From contig CAYHKQ010000001.1 in the NCBI GenBank assembly GCA_964357255.1, forward strand, positions 5,018-69,017: a stretch of DNA of 64,000 nt, in the 5' to 3' direction. The first letter of the stretch is position 1; the number at the start of each line of letters is the position of its first letter. Source of the DNA: an uncultured Elusimicrobia bacterium. GTDB taxonomy: Bacteria; Elusimicrobiota; Elusimicrobia; JACQPE01. Made by a program: the position numbers and the translations under genes. The notes beneath the pieces were generated by a model that searched no databases, had not been told where the DNA came from, and was given only the letters and a program-made list of their open reading frames with translations. Shown in pieces: positions 37,367 through 46,426 of this stretch.

Positions 37367-37518
37367 GTAACTATTCAGGTGCGGCGCTCCCCTTGCTGTC
37401 ATTCCCGCGAAAGCGGGCCGTTCGCAGGGCTCGCGGCACCTTGGGGCGCCGGAGGCGCTGATCGGGAATCCAGGCCCCGACCCCCGCCTTCGCGGGGGTG
37501 ACGGACCTGAACAGTTAC
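37367..37518 (+). mobile_element. MITE-like repeat, copy A (152 bp)
   Basis: TIRs gtaactattcagg / cctgaacagttac (12/13 inverted). 8-bp flanking direct repeats cttactta / cttgctta. Internal perfect hairpins cccgc-GAAA-gcggg and cccccgc-CTTC-gcggggg. About 95% identical to copy C. Confidence 0.7.
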
Positions 37519-37556
37519 CTTGCTTATAAATAATAATTTCAAGAGGAGGCGACGCC

Positions 37557-38894
37557 GTGAAAACTTTAACCAAACCGATCGCTAAAAAAGAGAATATGTC
37601 GTTGAATAGCGCGCACTGGAAGGACCGCGAACGCTATGTCACCGGCAGTTTTTACCATTACACCCGTATTTTTATTAAAGAGGCGAGCGGGGCCGTGATG
37701 TGGGACGTGGACGGCAAGCGCTATTTGGATTTCACCGGAGGCATCGGCGCCTTGAACGTGGGCCATTGCCATCCAAGAGTGGTCGAGGCCATCCGCCGCC
37801 AGGCCGGGGAGTTTCTGCACACCTGTTTTCCAGCGATCGCTTACGAAAATTATGTGCGCGTATGCCAAAAATTATGCGAGGCCGTGCCAGGAAATTTTCC
37901 GAAAAAAGCCATGCTCGTTAACAGCGGCGCCGAGGCCGTTGAGAACGCGGTTAAGTTTGCCAAGAGTTATACCAAGCGGAGCGCCGTTATTTCCTTTGGG
38001 CAGGCTTTTCATGGCAGGACGCTTTTGGCCTTCACGTTGACCGGCAAGGAAAATCCCTATCGCCTGGGCCTGGGGCCTTACGCGGCCGACGTTTATCACG
38101 CGTATTATCCTTATTCTTACCGGCCTCCCGTGGGAGTGGCGAGCCGCGACGTATGCGCTTATGCGTTGGGCCGCTTGGAGGAGATGTTCCATACCCAGGT
38201 GGATCCCAGCCGCGTGGCCGCGATTTTGGTGGAGCCGGTGCAAGGCGAGGGCGGCTTTGTGGTGCCTCCGACGGATTTTCTCCCCGCCCTTCGTAAAATT
38301 TGCGACCAGCACGGGATCGTCTTAATCGTGGACGAGGTGCAGACCGGCTTTGGCCGCACCGGCAAGATGTTCGCGCATGAGCACGCGGGGATCACATCGG
38401 ATCTCGTGACCGTGGCTAAATCCATCGCGGCCGGGCTTCCCTTGGCCGGCGTGGTGGGCCGGGCTCAGATTATGGACGCCGCGGAGGAAGGCGGCGTGGG
38501 TAGCACTTACGGAGGCAATCCGGTAGCTTGCGCGGCGAGCCTGGCAGTGTTTGAAATTTTTGAGCAAGAGAGGCTCCTGGAGCGCGCCAGAAAAATCGGT
38601 TTAACTATCGAGACGCGTTTTAAGTCCTGGGCTAAACAGATGCCGATGGTCGGCGAGGCGCGGGGCTTGGGAGCGATGCAGGCCGTAGAACTCGTGGCGG
38701 ACCGCTCCACTAAAGAACCGATGCCCTTAAAAACCATGAAGGCGATTTTGGGCGATTGCTCAAAAAAGGGATTGATGATTCTTAAAGCCGGAGCCTACGG
38801 CAATGTGATCCGCACCTTAGTTCCCCTGGTGGCTACGGATGAGGAAATTACCGAGGGGCTGGACATTTTGGAATCGGTGTTAAAGGAGCTTTAA
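37557..38894 (+). CDS. Class III (omega) aminotransferase (GABA/putrescine aminotransferase-like)
   Basis: AT-III fold; the PLP-lysine region VDEVQTGFGRTGKMFAHEH...TVAKSIAAGLPL; 445 aa. Confidence 0.8.
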   Translation: MKTLTKPIAKKENMSLNSAHWKDRERYVTGSFYHYTRIFIKEASGAVMWDVDGKRYLDFTGGIGALNVGHCHPRVVEAIRRQAGEFLHTCFPAIAYENYVRVCQKLCEAVPGNFPKKAMLVNSGAEAVENAVKFAKSYTKRSAVISFGQAFHGRTLLAFTLTGKENPYRLGLGPYAADVYHAYYPYSYRPPVGVASRDVCAYALGRLEEMFHTQVDPSRVAAILVEPVQGEGGFVVPPTDFLPALRKICDQHGIVLIVDEVQTGFGRTGKMFAHEHAGITSDLVTVAKSIAAGLPLAGVVGRAQIMDAAEEGGVGSTYGGNPVACAASLAVFEIFEQERLLERARKIGLTIETRFKSWAKQMPMVGEARGLGAMQAVELVADRSTKEPMPLKTMKAILGDCSKKGLMILKAGAYGNVIRTLVPLVATDEEITEGLDILESVLKEL

Positions 38895-38895
38895 G

Positions 38896-40437
38896 ATGAG
38901 CGCGGCCACTGTCGAAAAGAAGCAAGGTCTGAAAACTCAAAAGGCTCGCGAATTTAAAATGTTGCTCGGCGGGCGCTGGTCTGGCGCGGCAAGCGGAGCC
39001 ATAAGGACCTTAGTGAATCCCGCCAATGCCAAGCCCTTGGCTACGGCGCCGGAGGCCGGCGTCAAGGACGTAAATTTTGCCGTGGCCCAGGCCAGGAAGG
39101 CTTTTGAAGACGGCCGCTGGTCCAAGAAACCCCCCTGTGAACGTTCGCTAACCCTCTTTCGCTTGGCCGACAAGATCGAACAAAATATTGACGCTCTGGC
39201 CGAACTCGAAATAGCCAATTGCGGCAAGCCCCGAAAATTGGCGCGCGAAAGTGATTTGCCTTTTGCCATTGATAATGTGAGGTTTTTTGCGGGAGCCCTC
39301 AGAACATTGGGCGGCTCCGCGTCGCTCGAGTATGCCGGCGGTTGCACAAGTATTATTTGCCGCGAACCCATCGGCGTCGTGGGGCTCGTGGCCCCGTGGA
39401 ATTACCCTTTTTTGATGGCAGTTTGGAAAATTATGCCGGCCCTGGCCGCTGGTAATGCGGCTATTTTTAAGCCTTCGGAATTGACGCCGCTGACTGCGCT
39501 TGAACTGGGGCGTTTGGCTTTGGAGGCCGGGATACCCGAAGGCGTTTTGCAAATCGTGACCGGAGCCGAAGAGGCGGGCCGGGCGCTTAGCGCGCATCCC
39601 GGGGTGGACATGATTTCTTTTACCGGGGACACGCAAACCGGCAAAAAAATTCTGGCCCAGGCCGCGCCTACTCTGAAAAAATGCCACATGGAGCTTGGCG
39701 GCAAAGCGCCTTTTGTCGTTTTTGCCGATGCTGATTTAGAAGCCGCGCTTCAAGGGGCCGTGGTGGCGGGCGTCGTCAATGCGGGGCAGGATTGCACCGC
39801 GGCCACGCGCATCTATGTCGAGGAAAAGCGTTATGACGAATTTCTAGAGAGGTATGTGAAATTAATGAAAACTGTCCGCGTGGGCGATCCCTTGAACAAA
39901 CTGACCGACATGGGCCCTTTAATCAGCAAGAATCAGAGGGATCGGGTGGAAGGCTTTGTCCGCCGCGCCTTGTCCGCCGGCGCCAAGGCCCTTTGCGGCG
40001 GCGAGCGGCCTTCCTCGGCCGAAACCAAGGACGGTTATTATTTTCTTCCTACCGTGATCGTCGGCGCCAAGCAAGATTCTGAGATTGTGCAGAATGAGGT
40101 TTTCGGCCCGGTTGTTTGCGTTTTGCCTTTTAAGACCGAAGAGGAGGCTGTCCGGCTGGCTAATGATGTGCGCTATGGCCTGGCTTCGAGCGTATGGACC
40201 AAGGATGTTCATAGGGCTTGGCGGGTTTCAGCCGCGCTCAAATTCGGCACGGTCTGGGTTAATGATCACTTGCCGCTGACATCCGAAATGCCGCATGGCG
40301 GCTGTAAGTCCAGTGGTTTTGGCAAGGATTTATCGGTTTGGGCCCTCGAAGAGTACACCCAGATCAAACATATCATGGCCGACACCACTGGCCTGGCCCG
40401 AAAACCCTGGCACTACACCGCCTTTGGCTCAGTCTAA
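38896..40437 (+). CDS. NAD-dependent aldehyde dehydrogenase (aminobutyraldehyde/betaine-aldehyde DH-like)
   Basis: Catalytic glutamate MELGGKAP; NAGQDCTA; 513 aa. Confidence 0.8.
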   Translation: MSAATVEKKQGLKTQKAREFKMLLGGRWSGAASGAIRTLVNPANAKPLATAPEAGVKDVNFAVAQARKAFEDGRWSKKPPCERSLTLFRLADKIEQNIDALAELEIANCGKPRKLARESDLPFAIDNVRFFAGALRTLGGSASLEYAGGCTSIICREPIGVVGLVAPWNYPFLMAVWKIMPALAAGNAAIFKPSELTPLTALELGRLALEAGIPEGVLQIVTGAEEAGRALSAHPGVDMISFTGDTQTGKKILAQAAPTLKKCHMELGGKAPFVVFADADLEAALQGAVVAGVVNAGQDCTAATRIYVEEKRYDEFLERYVKLMKTVRVGDPLNKLTDMGPLISKNQRDRVEGFVRRALSAGAKALCGGERPSSAETKDGYYFLPTVIVGAKQDSEIVQNEVFGPVVCVLPFKTEEEAVRLANDVRYGLASSVWTKDVHRAWRVSAALKFGTVWVNDHLPLTSEMPHGGCKSSGFGKDLSVWALEEYTQIKHIMADTTGLARKPWHYTAFGSV

Positions 40438-41007
40438 TTTTTCTGCGGCAGTTTCTTCCTCTTTGAGTAATTTCTCACCCATTTGAGAATGACCGCGCAG
40501 GGTATCAGCTTCCCTTTCCGCGCTTTTGGCGGGGAAGTAGGCGACAGCCCATCCTGCCACAAATAAGCCGGCTCCGCCGAAAAAGAGGAGAGCCCCCAGA
40601 ACCGGCAATCCGCTCATTCCAATGGCCACGCTTGCCCAAGAGGTTGCGAATCCTGGAATGGCAAGAGACCACGATAAAACATGCAACGCGGTTGCCTTTG
40701 AGGAGGCGTTTTGCGCCTTTTCTTCCCAGTAATTTTTTGCGGTTTTAAGAAGAAATTGATTACGTTGCCGTTGCTTCATTTGGTGGTTTTTACGCTCAAG
40801 CCCGGCATCGTCCTGGGCGATATCTCCGATTTGGACAGGCGCATTTGGCGTATTGCCTTGAGGCGCGGCGCCATGCATTAAATTTTCCACGATTATTTTG
40901 CCTTGAATTGCTTGATCTTGCGAAGTGGGGCTGGGGTTGGCCAAAAGACTAGCAACACAGCCACCGATCGCACTGACAGTAATAAGAATTTTTTTGTTGG
41001 TTAGCAT
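40429..41007 (-). CDS. Hypothetical membrane protein
   Basis: Start taken at MLTNKK (AAGGAG SD); the longer ORF-track start lacks an RBS. N-terminal TM/signal, C-terminal hydrophobic segments. Confidence 0.4.
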   Translation of the reverse strand: MLTNKKILITVSAIGGCVASLLANPSPTSQDQAIQGKIIVENLMHGAAPQGNTPNAPVQIGDIAQDDAGLERKNHQMKQRQRNQFLLKTAKNYWEEKAQNASSKATALHVLSWSLAIPGFATSWASVAIGMSGLPVLGALLFFGGAGLFVAGWAVAYFPAKSAEREADTLRGHSQMGEKLLKEEETAAEKLD

Positions 41008-41128
41008 AGTCGTTCTCCTTCGTTGTCTCCGCTTTATACTCGGACAAGGGGCTTGCTGACTGCCACCTTTCGTCCGCTGTTTACATATATATTGTAACAA
41101 AGTGGAAGGGGTCATTCATTTTATTTTT

Positions 41129-41356
41129 GTAACTACTCAGGTTCCTCTTCCCCGTCATTCCGGCGAAAGCCGGCCGTTCGCAGAGCTCGCGGCACCTTGG
41201 GGCGCCTGAGGCGCTGATCGGGAATCCAGGATTTCATTCTGCAAATCAAGAACTGGATACCGGCTTTCGTCCCGTCAGGAGACGGGACAGTCCCCTCAAT
41301 TTTAATAGAGGGTTGGGACGCCGGTATGACGAATCCAAAAAAACCTGGGTAGTTAC
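41129..41356 (+). mobile_element. MITE-like repeat, copy B (228-bp variant)
   Basis: TIRs gtaactactcagg / cctgggtagttac. Perfect 8-bp TSD ttattttt on both sides. First ~105 bp homologous to copies A and C, then a different module with the hairpin gtcccgtc-AGGA-gacgggac. Confidence 0.7.
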
Positions 41357-41432
41357 TTATTTTTAACCATGAGAGCGTTTGCGGATTTCGTTTTAATCAG
41401 TAAAATGGAGACTTGACCCTTAAAAATGACCC

Positions 41433-42044
41433 TTAAAAGTGAACGGCCAATTTGTCTTTTTGGACTTCGAATTTTTGGATGCCGTAGGGCAGAGGAAAGA
41501 GGCGCGAGAAGTCCATGGGCGGGCGTTGGTTTTCGCCGAGATACCGAAGAATTTGGCTGACCAGACTTTCCGGAACGGTGATTCCATTAATTTTTAGGGA
41601 AAGGACTTTGACATAGCCTTTGCCTTTGGCCGATCCGGATTGAAGTTGGGCCTCGATTGTGCTGCCGATGCCGCCGGCCTTGGCCAACAGTTTTGCGCTC
41701 ATTGAATTGCTATCCGCCTTAAAAACTTTTTTCCATTCCACGCGCGCTACGGCCCGGACCGTCAGAAGCTTGTCGCCGAGAAGAGTAATATTAACGGATT
41801 GTATTTGATCCTTCCCTTTTTGAGCCGCGAGATTGGCCAGATAGGCGTTGAGTTCTTCTTCGCTTACGGCGACCGTCTTGCCGCTCAGGGGCGAACGTTG
41901 GCCGGGATTAGTCACGTTTTTGATTTTTTCAACGATGTTGTGAATTTTATGGATGGCCGTTGCGCTGGCGTTTATGGATGCCACGGACGCCGCGTTTGTC
42001 CCCGCGGCTAAGGCGGCGCCAATAAGAATTTTTAGAATCGTCAT
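41433..42044 (-). CDS. Hypothetical secreted protein
   Basis: Signal peptide MTILKILIGAALAAGTNAASVAS. No diagnostic motifs. Confidence 0.35.
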   Translation of the reverse strand: MTILKILIGAALAAGTNAASVASINASATAIHKIHNIVEKIKNVTNPGQRSPLSGKTVAVSEEELNAYLANLAAQKGKDQIQSVNITLLGDKLLTVRAVARVEWKKVFKADSNSMSAKLLAKAGGIGSTIEAQLQSGSAKGKGYVKVLSLKINGITVPESLVSQILRYLGENQRPPMDFSRLFPLPYGIQKFEVQKDKLAVHF

Positions 42045-42134
42045 ATTTTTATTCCTCCTTTGGATAAGGCCAGCAGTTCAGTTTAGAAAATTTCAAGACT
42101 CCCGATGCGGAGCAATATTAGATAATCCAGGGTA

Positions 42135-43217
42135 ATGGAAATTGGGATTGTCGGTCTTCCGAATGTGGGCAAGTCCACTCTTTTTAATGCGCTAACCTCC
42201 GGTCATGCCGCGTCCTCCAATTATCCCTTTACTACGATTGAGCCAAATGTGGGCGTGGTGAGCGTTCCGGACGCGCGTTTGAAGCGCTTGAGCGAGATTT
42301 TTAAGTCGGAGAAAACGGTCCCGGCCGCGATCCGGTTTGTGGATATTGCGGGGCTGGTTCAAGGGGCCAGCGAAGGCCAGGGGCTTGGGAATAAATTTTT
42401 AGCCAATATCCGCGAGGTGGACGCGATAGTCCATATCGTGCGATTCTTTGGCAATCACGACGTGGTTCATGTCATGGGCGGGGTGGACCCTAAGCGCGAT
42501 ATTGAGGTGATTAATACGGAGTTGGCGCTGGCGGATTTGAGTTCGGTGGAAGCTCAGATGGACAAAGCCCAAAGCCAGGCCAAAAGCGGCGACAAAATCG
42601 CGATTGAACGCTATGATATCGCCAAAAAAATTCATGCGGTTTTGGCCGAGGGTAAGCCGGTTCGCGCCATGGGTTTGCCCAAAACCGCGACGCGCTCTTT
42701 CGGGCTTTTAACGGACAAGCCCGTGCTTTACGTTGGCAATATGGATGAACCGGGCAAGGAGAGTCCTGCTTTGGCCGGCGCGGTGGAGCAATTGGCCAAG
42801 GGGGATGGCGCCGGGCTTTTGGTTCTTTGCGGTAAGTTAGAGGCCGAAATCGCCGAGCTCGAAGGCGCCGAGAGGGAGATTTTTTTAAAGGAGATGGGTC
42901 TGGAGCTTAGCGGTTTGGACCGCCTGATTCACGCGGCCTATAAACTTTTAGGCCTTATTACTTTTTTTACGGCCGGGCCCAAGGAAAGCCGCGCTTGGAC
43001 TATTACTAAGGGAACATTCTCGCCGCAGGCCGCCGGCAAAATTCACACCGACATGGAGACTGGATTCATACGAGCTGACGTCTATCGTTTTGACGATATG
43101 GACCGTATGGGTTCTGAAGCCGCCCTGCGCGAGAAGGGCTTGATCCGTTCCGAAGGCAAGACTTATGAATTTCAAGACGGGGATACGGTTTTTTTTCACT
43201 TCCAAAAGCCGCGTTAA
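42135..43217 (+). CDS. ychF: Ribosome-binding ATPase YchF
   Basis: MEIGIVGLPNVGKSTLFNALT, a coiled-coil insert and a TGS domain; 360 aa. Confidence 0.9.
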   Translation: MEIGIVGLPNVGKSTLFNALTSGHAASSNYPFTTIEPNVGVVSVPDARLKRLSEIFKSEKTVPAAIRFVDIAGLVQGASEGQGLGNKFLANIREVDAIVHIVRFFGNHDVVHVMGGVDPKRDIEVINTELALADLSSVEAQMDKAQSQAKSGDKIAIERYDIAKKIHAVLAEGKPVRAMGLPKTATRSFGLLTDKPVLYVGNMDEPGKESPALAGAVEQLAKGDGAGLLVLCGKLEAEIAELEGAEREIFLKEMGLELSGLDRLIHAAYKLLGLITFFTAGPKESRAWTITKGTFSPQAAGKIHTDMETGFIRADVYRFDDMDRMGSEAALREKGLIRSEGKTYEFQDGDTVFFHFQKPR

Positions 43218-43336
43218 GGGTTTGCGCCGGAATTAATCATAGATTTGCCGGACCGAACATGAGAAAATCATAAGGCCTACAACAATAGGGACTAAAGTCC
43301 CTTGTATTGCCGCATTTGCAGGGGTAAGCTAATAGC

Positions 43337-45466
43337 ATGGATCAACTTCCATCGCGGTCATGGCGCGTTGCGGCGATAGCTGGGCTTGGCTTGACGCAAT
43401 TTTTTGCGTTGCCGGATTTAAGAGCGGATGATCAGGCTAGCCAGGTCCAGGCCGGCCTTGAGAGCGAGTTTGACGGCGCCAAGGCGGCTAAACCGAGCCG
43501 CAAGAAAACCGCGGTCGCGGTTCCTGCGGCGTCGTCCGAACGGCCGGAGCCGGAAAAAGAGCCGGAGCCATCCACGCAGAAGCGGACCGGCGAAAAACAA
43601 CTCAATGAAAGCGGCGCCTCCAAGCAGGTTCTTCCCCGTTGGCCGCCCATTGTTCATGTCAAATTAAGCGATTATCAGGTGGAGGAGTCTCTTATTTTTC
43701 CCATGACGACAGGATTTTCCCTTGGAACCAGAGCCGGATTGATTTCCGCTCAAAGCTTTTTGGGCGGATCAGACTTGCCCTTCGGAACCCTGTTGCCCAG
43801 CCCTTACGGAACATTGAGTTCAAAATTTAAGCATCAGGGTAAAGGCATAGATGTTATGACTCTTGTGACAGGCGGGTATCTTTATTTGAACACGGAGCCA
43901 AGCCTGCCCAATGTCAGGACAAAGGTTTCGGGTCCGGCGTGGTTGAAAGGAGGCAAGGATGACAATGGTTTGGTCGCCGAAGGCTTGGTTGCGGGGAGCT
44001 TTTATTCCGACGTAATTTCTCCATGGCGAGTGGGCGGCCGTGCTGCTTTGGCCGCTTTTGGCGGGGGCGGAGTTTTTGGAATGGGGAATTTTTCAGATGC
44101 CTACACATGGCAGGGCATGTTGGACGCGAACGCGGGAGTGGCATTGGCCGTTAAGGTTGCGGATTCGGAGATGCTTCGCTACTGGGTTCAGGGGGAGGCG
44201 GCAATGGGGCAGGCGGATTCTTATCGTAATATTACCGAGAAGGGAGTGCCCAACTGGGCTTTTTTTTACGAGGGGATCAGCATGGGCGCGGATTATTCGC
44301 GTTATCTTGGGCCTTCGCAACATATCCGCGCCTGGTCGCAAGTCGCCGCGCGGATGCCTTATACCGACTTTATGATAGGCGCGGATTATGCCAAGGACGC
44401 CATAGTTGTTTCCCCGTCGGTGATGGCCAGGGTGAGCCATAGCCCGTGGTTCGCCAATGAGCAGGGCGGGGCTCTGAAAATCGGATTGCGCCCTCTCGAC
44501 AAGCTGGGCGTTGATTTGACCGGCTCCTTGGCCGCTCGAAGCGATATCGATGGGCGGGCGTTGTCTGAGAATTATTCGATCCAGGCCGGTCTTTCCTGGA
44601 CGCCGGGGGACGGCGTCAACATTAAAACGAGCCGTTATCTGGCCAGGCAAGTTTATGATACTCCTGATCCGAAACTTATCCAAGCGTTGGACAAATCTTA
44701 TGAAAACATTGATCAGGAGTTTATTGATGGTTTCAAGGAGGCGGTCAAGGCGTCGCCCGACTTGCCTTCGTTCGCGCGGAATTTGAATGTCGCAAGCTTG
44801 CGGGACATTCTTTATGCGGCGTCCCTTATGACGGGTTTTCAAGACGTTGTAAATTATAATTCTAATGAATTTTCCGTTCCTAATGCGCAGAGCGACGATG
44901 AGATTTATGGGCGTTGGAGGGCGGCCTACATGGATTTATTGGCGGACCCTGAGAGCCGCGGCGACCCCATGCTGGTTTGTATCGGCTCGGCGCAGAGCGC
45001 GTCCGGACTTGTCATGGCTTTGAGCAGAAAATTGGGTTTAGATCTTCAAGCTGGGCCGGTGAGCGTGGTCAAGCGCGGATCGGAAATTGGCCTGACAACG
45101 GCGCACGCGGCGGCCATTATCAGAAGTCCGGAGGAAGGATTTTTCTTTGTGGACTTTGGCGACATCATGCCGACCGGCACCTTTGATCCTGACGCGGCCT
45201 TGGCGATTTATCAGGCCAAGAGAGGCTCCGTGAGCGTGTCGCATTATTTTGGCGACGTCTCCCGTGGCGGCCGCACCGAAGCGCGCAAAATCAGCGAACA
45301 GGGCAAAATTGTGTTGGACGCGGTTTCTTTTTATGGAGACCCGGAGCTTCCAAGGTCGCGCGAGCGGGAAATGTACAACCGCGATCCCAGGAGTTCGGAA
45401 ATCACCCGAGATCGGGCCCTGGAGTCCTTGCGCAAGACATTGATGCCTCAGGAGGAAGCTGAATAA
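43337..45466 (+). CDS. Large secreted protein: N-terminal beta-barrel-like region plus a C-terminal transglutaminase-like cysteine-protease-like domain
   Basis: Signal peptide, a Pro/Glu/Lys-rich linker, a beta-rich Gly/Tyr/Trp region. C-terminus has a Cys...His...Asp arrangement (MLVCIGSAQSASGLVMALSRKLGL ... TAHAAAIIRSPEEGFFFVDFGD) resembling the transglutaminase-like superfamily. Confidence 0.35.
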   Translation: MDQLPSRSWRVAAIAGLGLTQFFALPDLRADDQASQVQAGLESEFDGAKAAKPSRKKTAVAVPAASSERPEPEKEPEPSTQKRTGEKQLNESGASKQVLPRWPPIVHVKLSDYQVEESLIFPMTTGFSLGTRAGLISAQSFLGGSDLPFGTLLPSPYGTLSSKFKHQGKGIDVMTLVTGGYLYLNTEPSLPNVRTKVSGPAWLKGGKDDNGLVAEGLVAGSFYSDVISPWRVGGRAALAAFGGGGVFGMGNFSDAYTWQGMLDANAGVALAVKVADSEMLRYWVQGEAAMGQADSYRNITEKGVPNWAFFYEGISMGADYSRYLGPSQHIRAWSQVAARMPYTDFMIGADYAKDAIVVSPSVMARVSHSPWFANEQGGALKIGLRPLDKLGVDLTGSLAARSDIDGRALSENYSIQAGLSWTPGDGVNIKTSRYLARQVYDTPDPKLIQALDKSYENIDQEFIDGFKEAVKASPDLPSFARNLNVASLRDILYAASLMTGFQDVVNYNSNEFSVPNAQSDDEIYGRWRAAYMDLLADPESRGDPMLVCIGSAQSASGLVMALSRKLGLDLQAGPVSVVKRGSEIGLTTAHAAAIIRSPEEGFFFVDFGDIMPTGTFDPDAALAIYQAKRGSVSVSHYFGDVSRGGRTEARKISEQGKIVLDAVSFYGDPELPRSREREMYNRDPRSSEITRDRALESLRKTLMPQEEAE

Positions 45467-45475
45467 GGGGGGTCC

Positions 45476-46396
45476 TTATCCGCCTTTCGTTTTGCGGCGT
45501 TGGCGTTTTTTGAATAGATCCGCTAGCGCGTCCGTAAAATTTCCCCTCGTGTCCAGGCGCAGGCGGTCCATGCCGCAATGTTTGAAGAGTCGTTCTAATT
45601 CTTCTTCCCGGCGGGCGTTTTCTTGATTAAGCAGGCTCACGAGATCGCCGCGGCGCAAATCAAGTTCGTGAACGGCGCCGGGTTGTTCCGCGTCCTCAAA
45701 GCGCGCAATGCCCGAGATGGCCGGCAGTTCCCTCTCCGCGGGGTCTTCCACGGTTATAGCTATCGTGTCGTGCTTTTTAGCCAGAACAGCCAGCTTTTTG
45801 GCGAAAGCCGGCGTTGCGTCATCGGCTCCGACCGGCGCTAGAAAATCAGAAATCAAAAAGACAATCGCCCGTTTTTTGATCATTTGCAGAAGATAACTTA
45901 AGGCGAATTCTATATTCGTTTGGCGCGATTGGGGTTCGAATCCCACTAACTCCCGCAGGATTCTTAAGGCGTGGAAGCGTCCCCCCTTTGGGGGCAGAAA
46001 AAGTTCGGCGCGATCGCTAAAGAGCAGGAGGCCCGCCCTGTCCTTATTTTTCATGGACAGATACGCCAGCGCGCCCGCGACGTCCTGGACGACTTCGCGC
46101 TTGGAGCGGGATTGGGAGCCGAAGTCCTGGGAGCCTGAAATATCCACGGCCAAAATTACGGTTAACTCGCGTTCCTCTGTGAAGCGTTTGATGAAGGGTT
46201 TGCCCGCGAACCGCGCCATAGCTTTCCAGTGCATGGCCCGGATGTCGTCCCCCCACTGGTATTCGCGCGCGTCGGAAAATTCTAGGCCCCGGCCCTTGAA
46301 CACGCTTTGATATTTGCCCGCGAACATTTCCTCCACCAGCTTGGCGCTGGTGATTTCGAGCCTGCGAATTCTAGCGATAAGTTCGGAGCTTAACAT
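45476..46396 (-). CDS. DUF58 protein (MoxR-associated, VWA-like)
   Basis: DUF58 core GEYQWGDDIRAMHWKAMARFAGKPFIKRFTEERELTVILAVDISGSQDFG. Confidence 0.75.
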   Translation of the reverse strand: MLSSELIARIRRLEITSAKLVEEMFAGKYQSVFKGRGLEFSDAREYQWGDDIRAMHWKAMARFAGKPFIKRFTEERELTVILAVDISGSQDFGSQSRSKREVVQDVAGALAYLSMKNKDRAGLLLFSDRAELFLPPKGGRFHALRILRELVGFEPQSRQTNIEFALSYLLQMIKKRAIVFLISDFLAPVGADDATPAFAKKLAVLAKKHDTIAITVEDPAERELPAISGIARFEDAEQPGAVHELDLRRGDLVSLLNQENARREEELERLFKHCGMDRLRLDTRGNFTDALADLFKKRQRRKTKGG

Positions 46397-46426
46397 CGGG
46401 ACAGAAGGAGCCCCTTAGTCTTTTTT

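Noticed and set aside
41404-41425. Shared 14-mer ggagacttgaccct at 41408 and 55524 as a possible promoter or repeat
   Set aside because: An exact 14-mer match is within chance expectation for a 64-kb window on both strands. There is no extended similarity around it.
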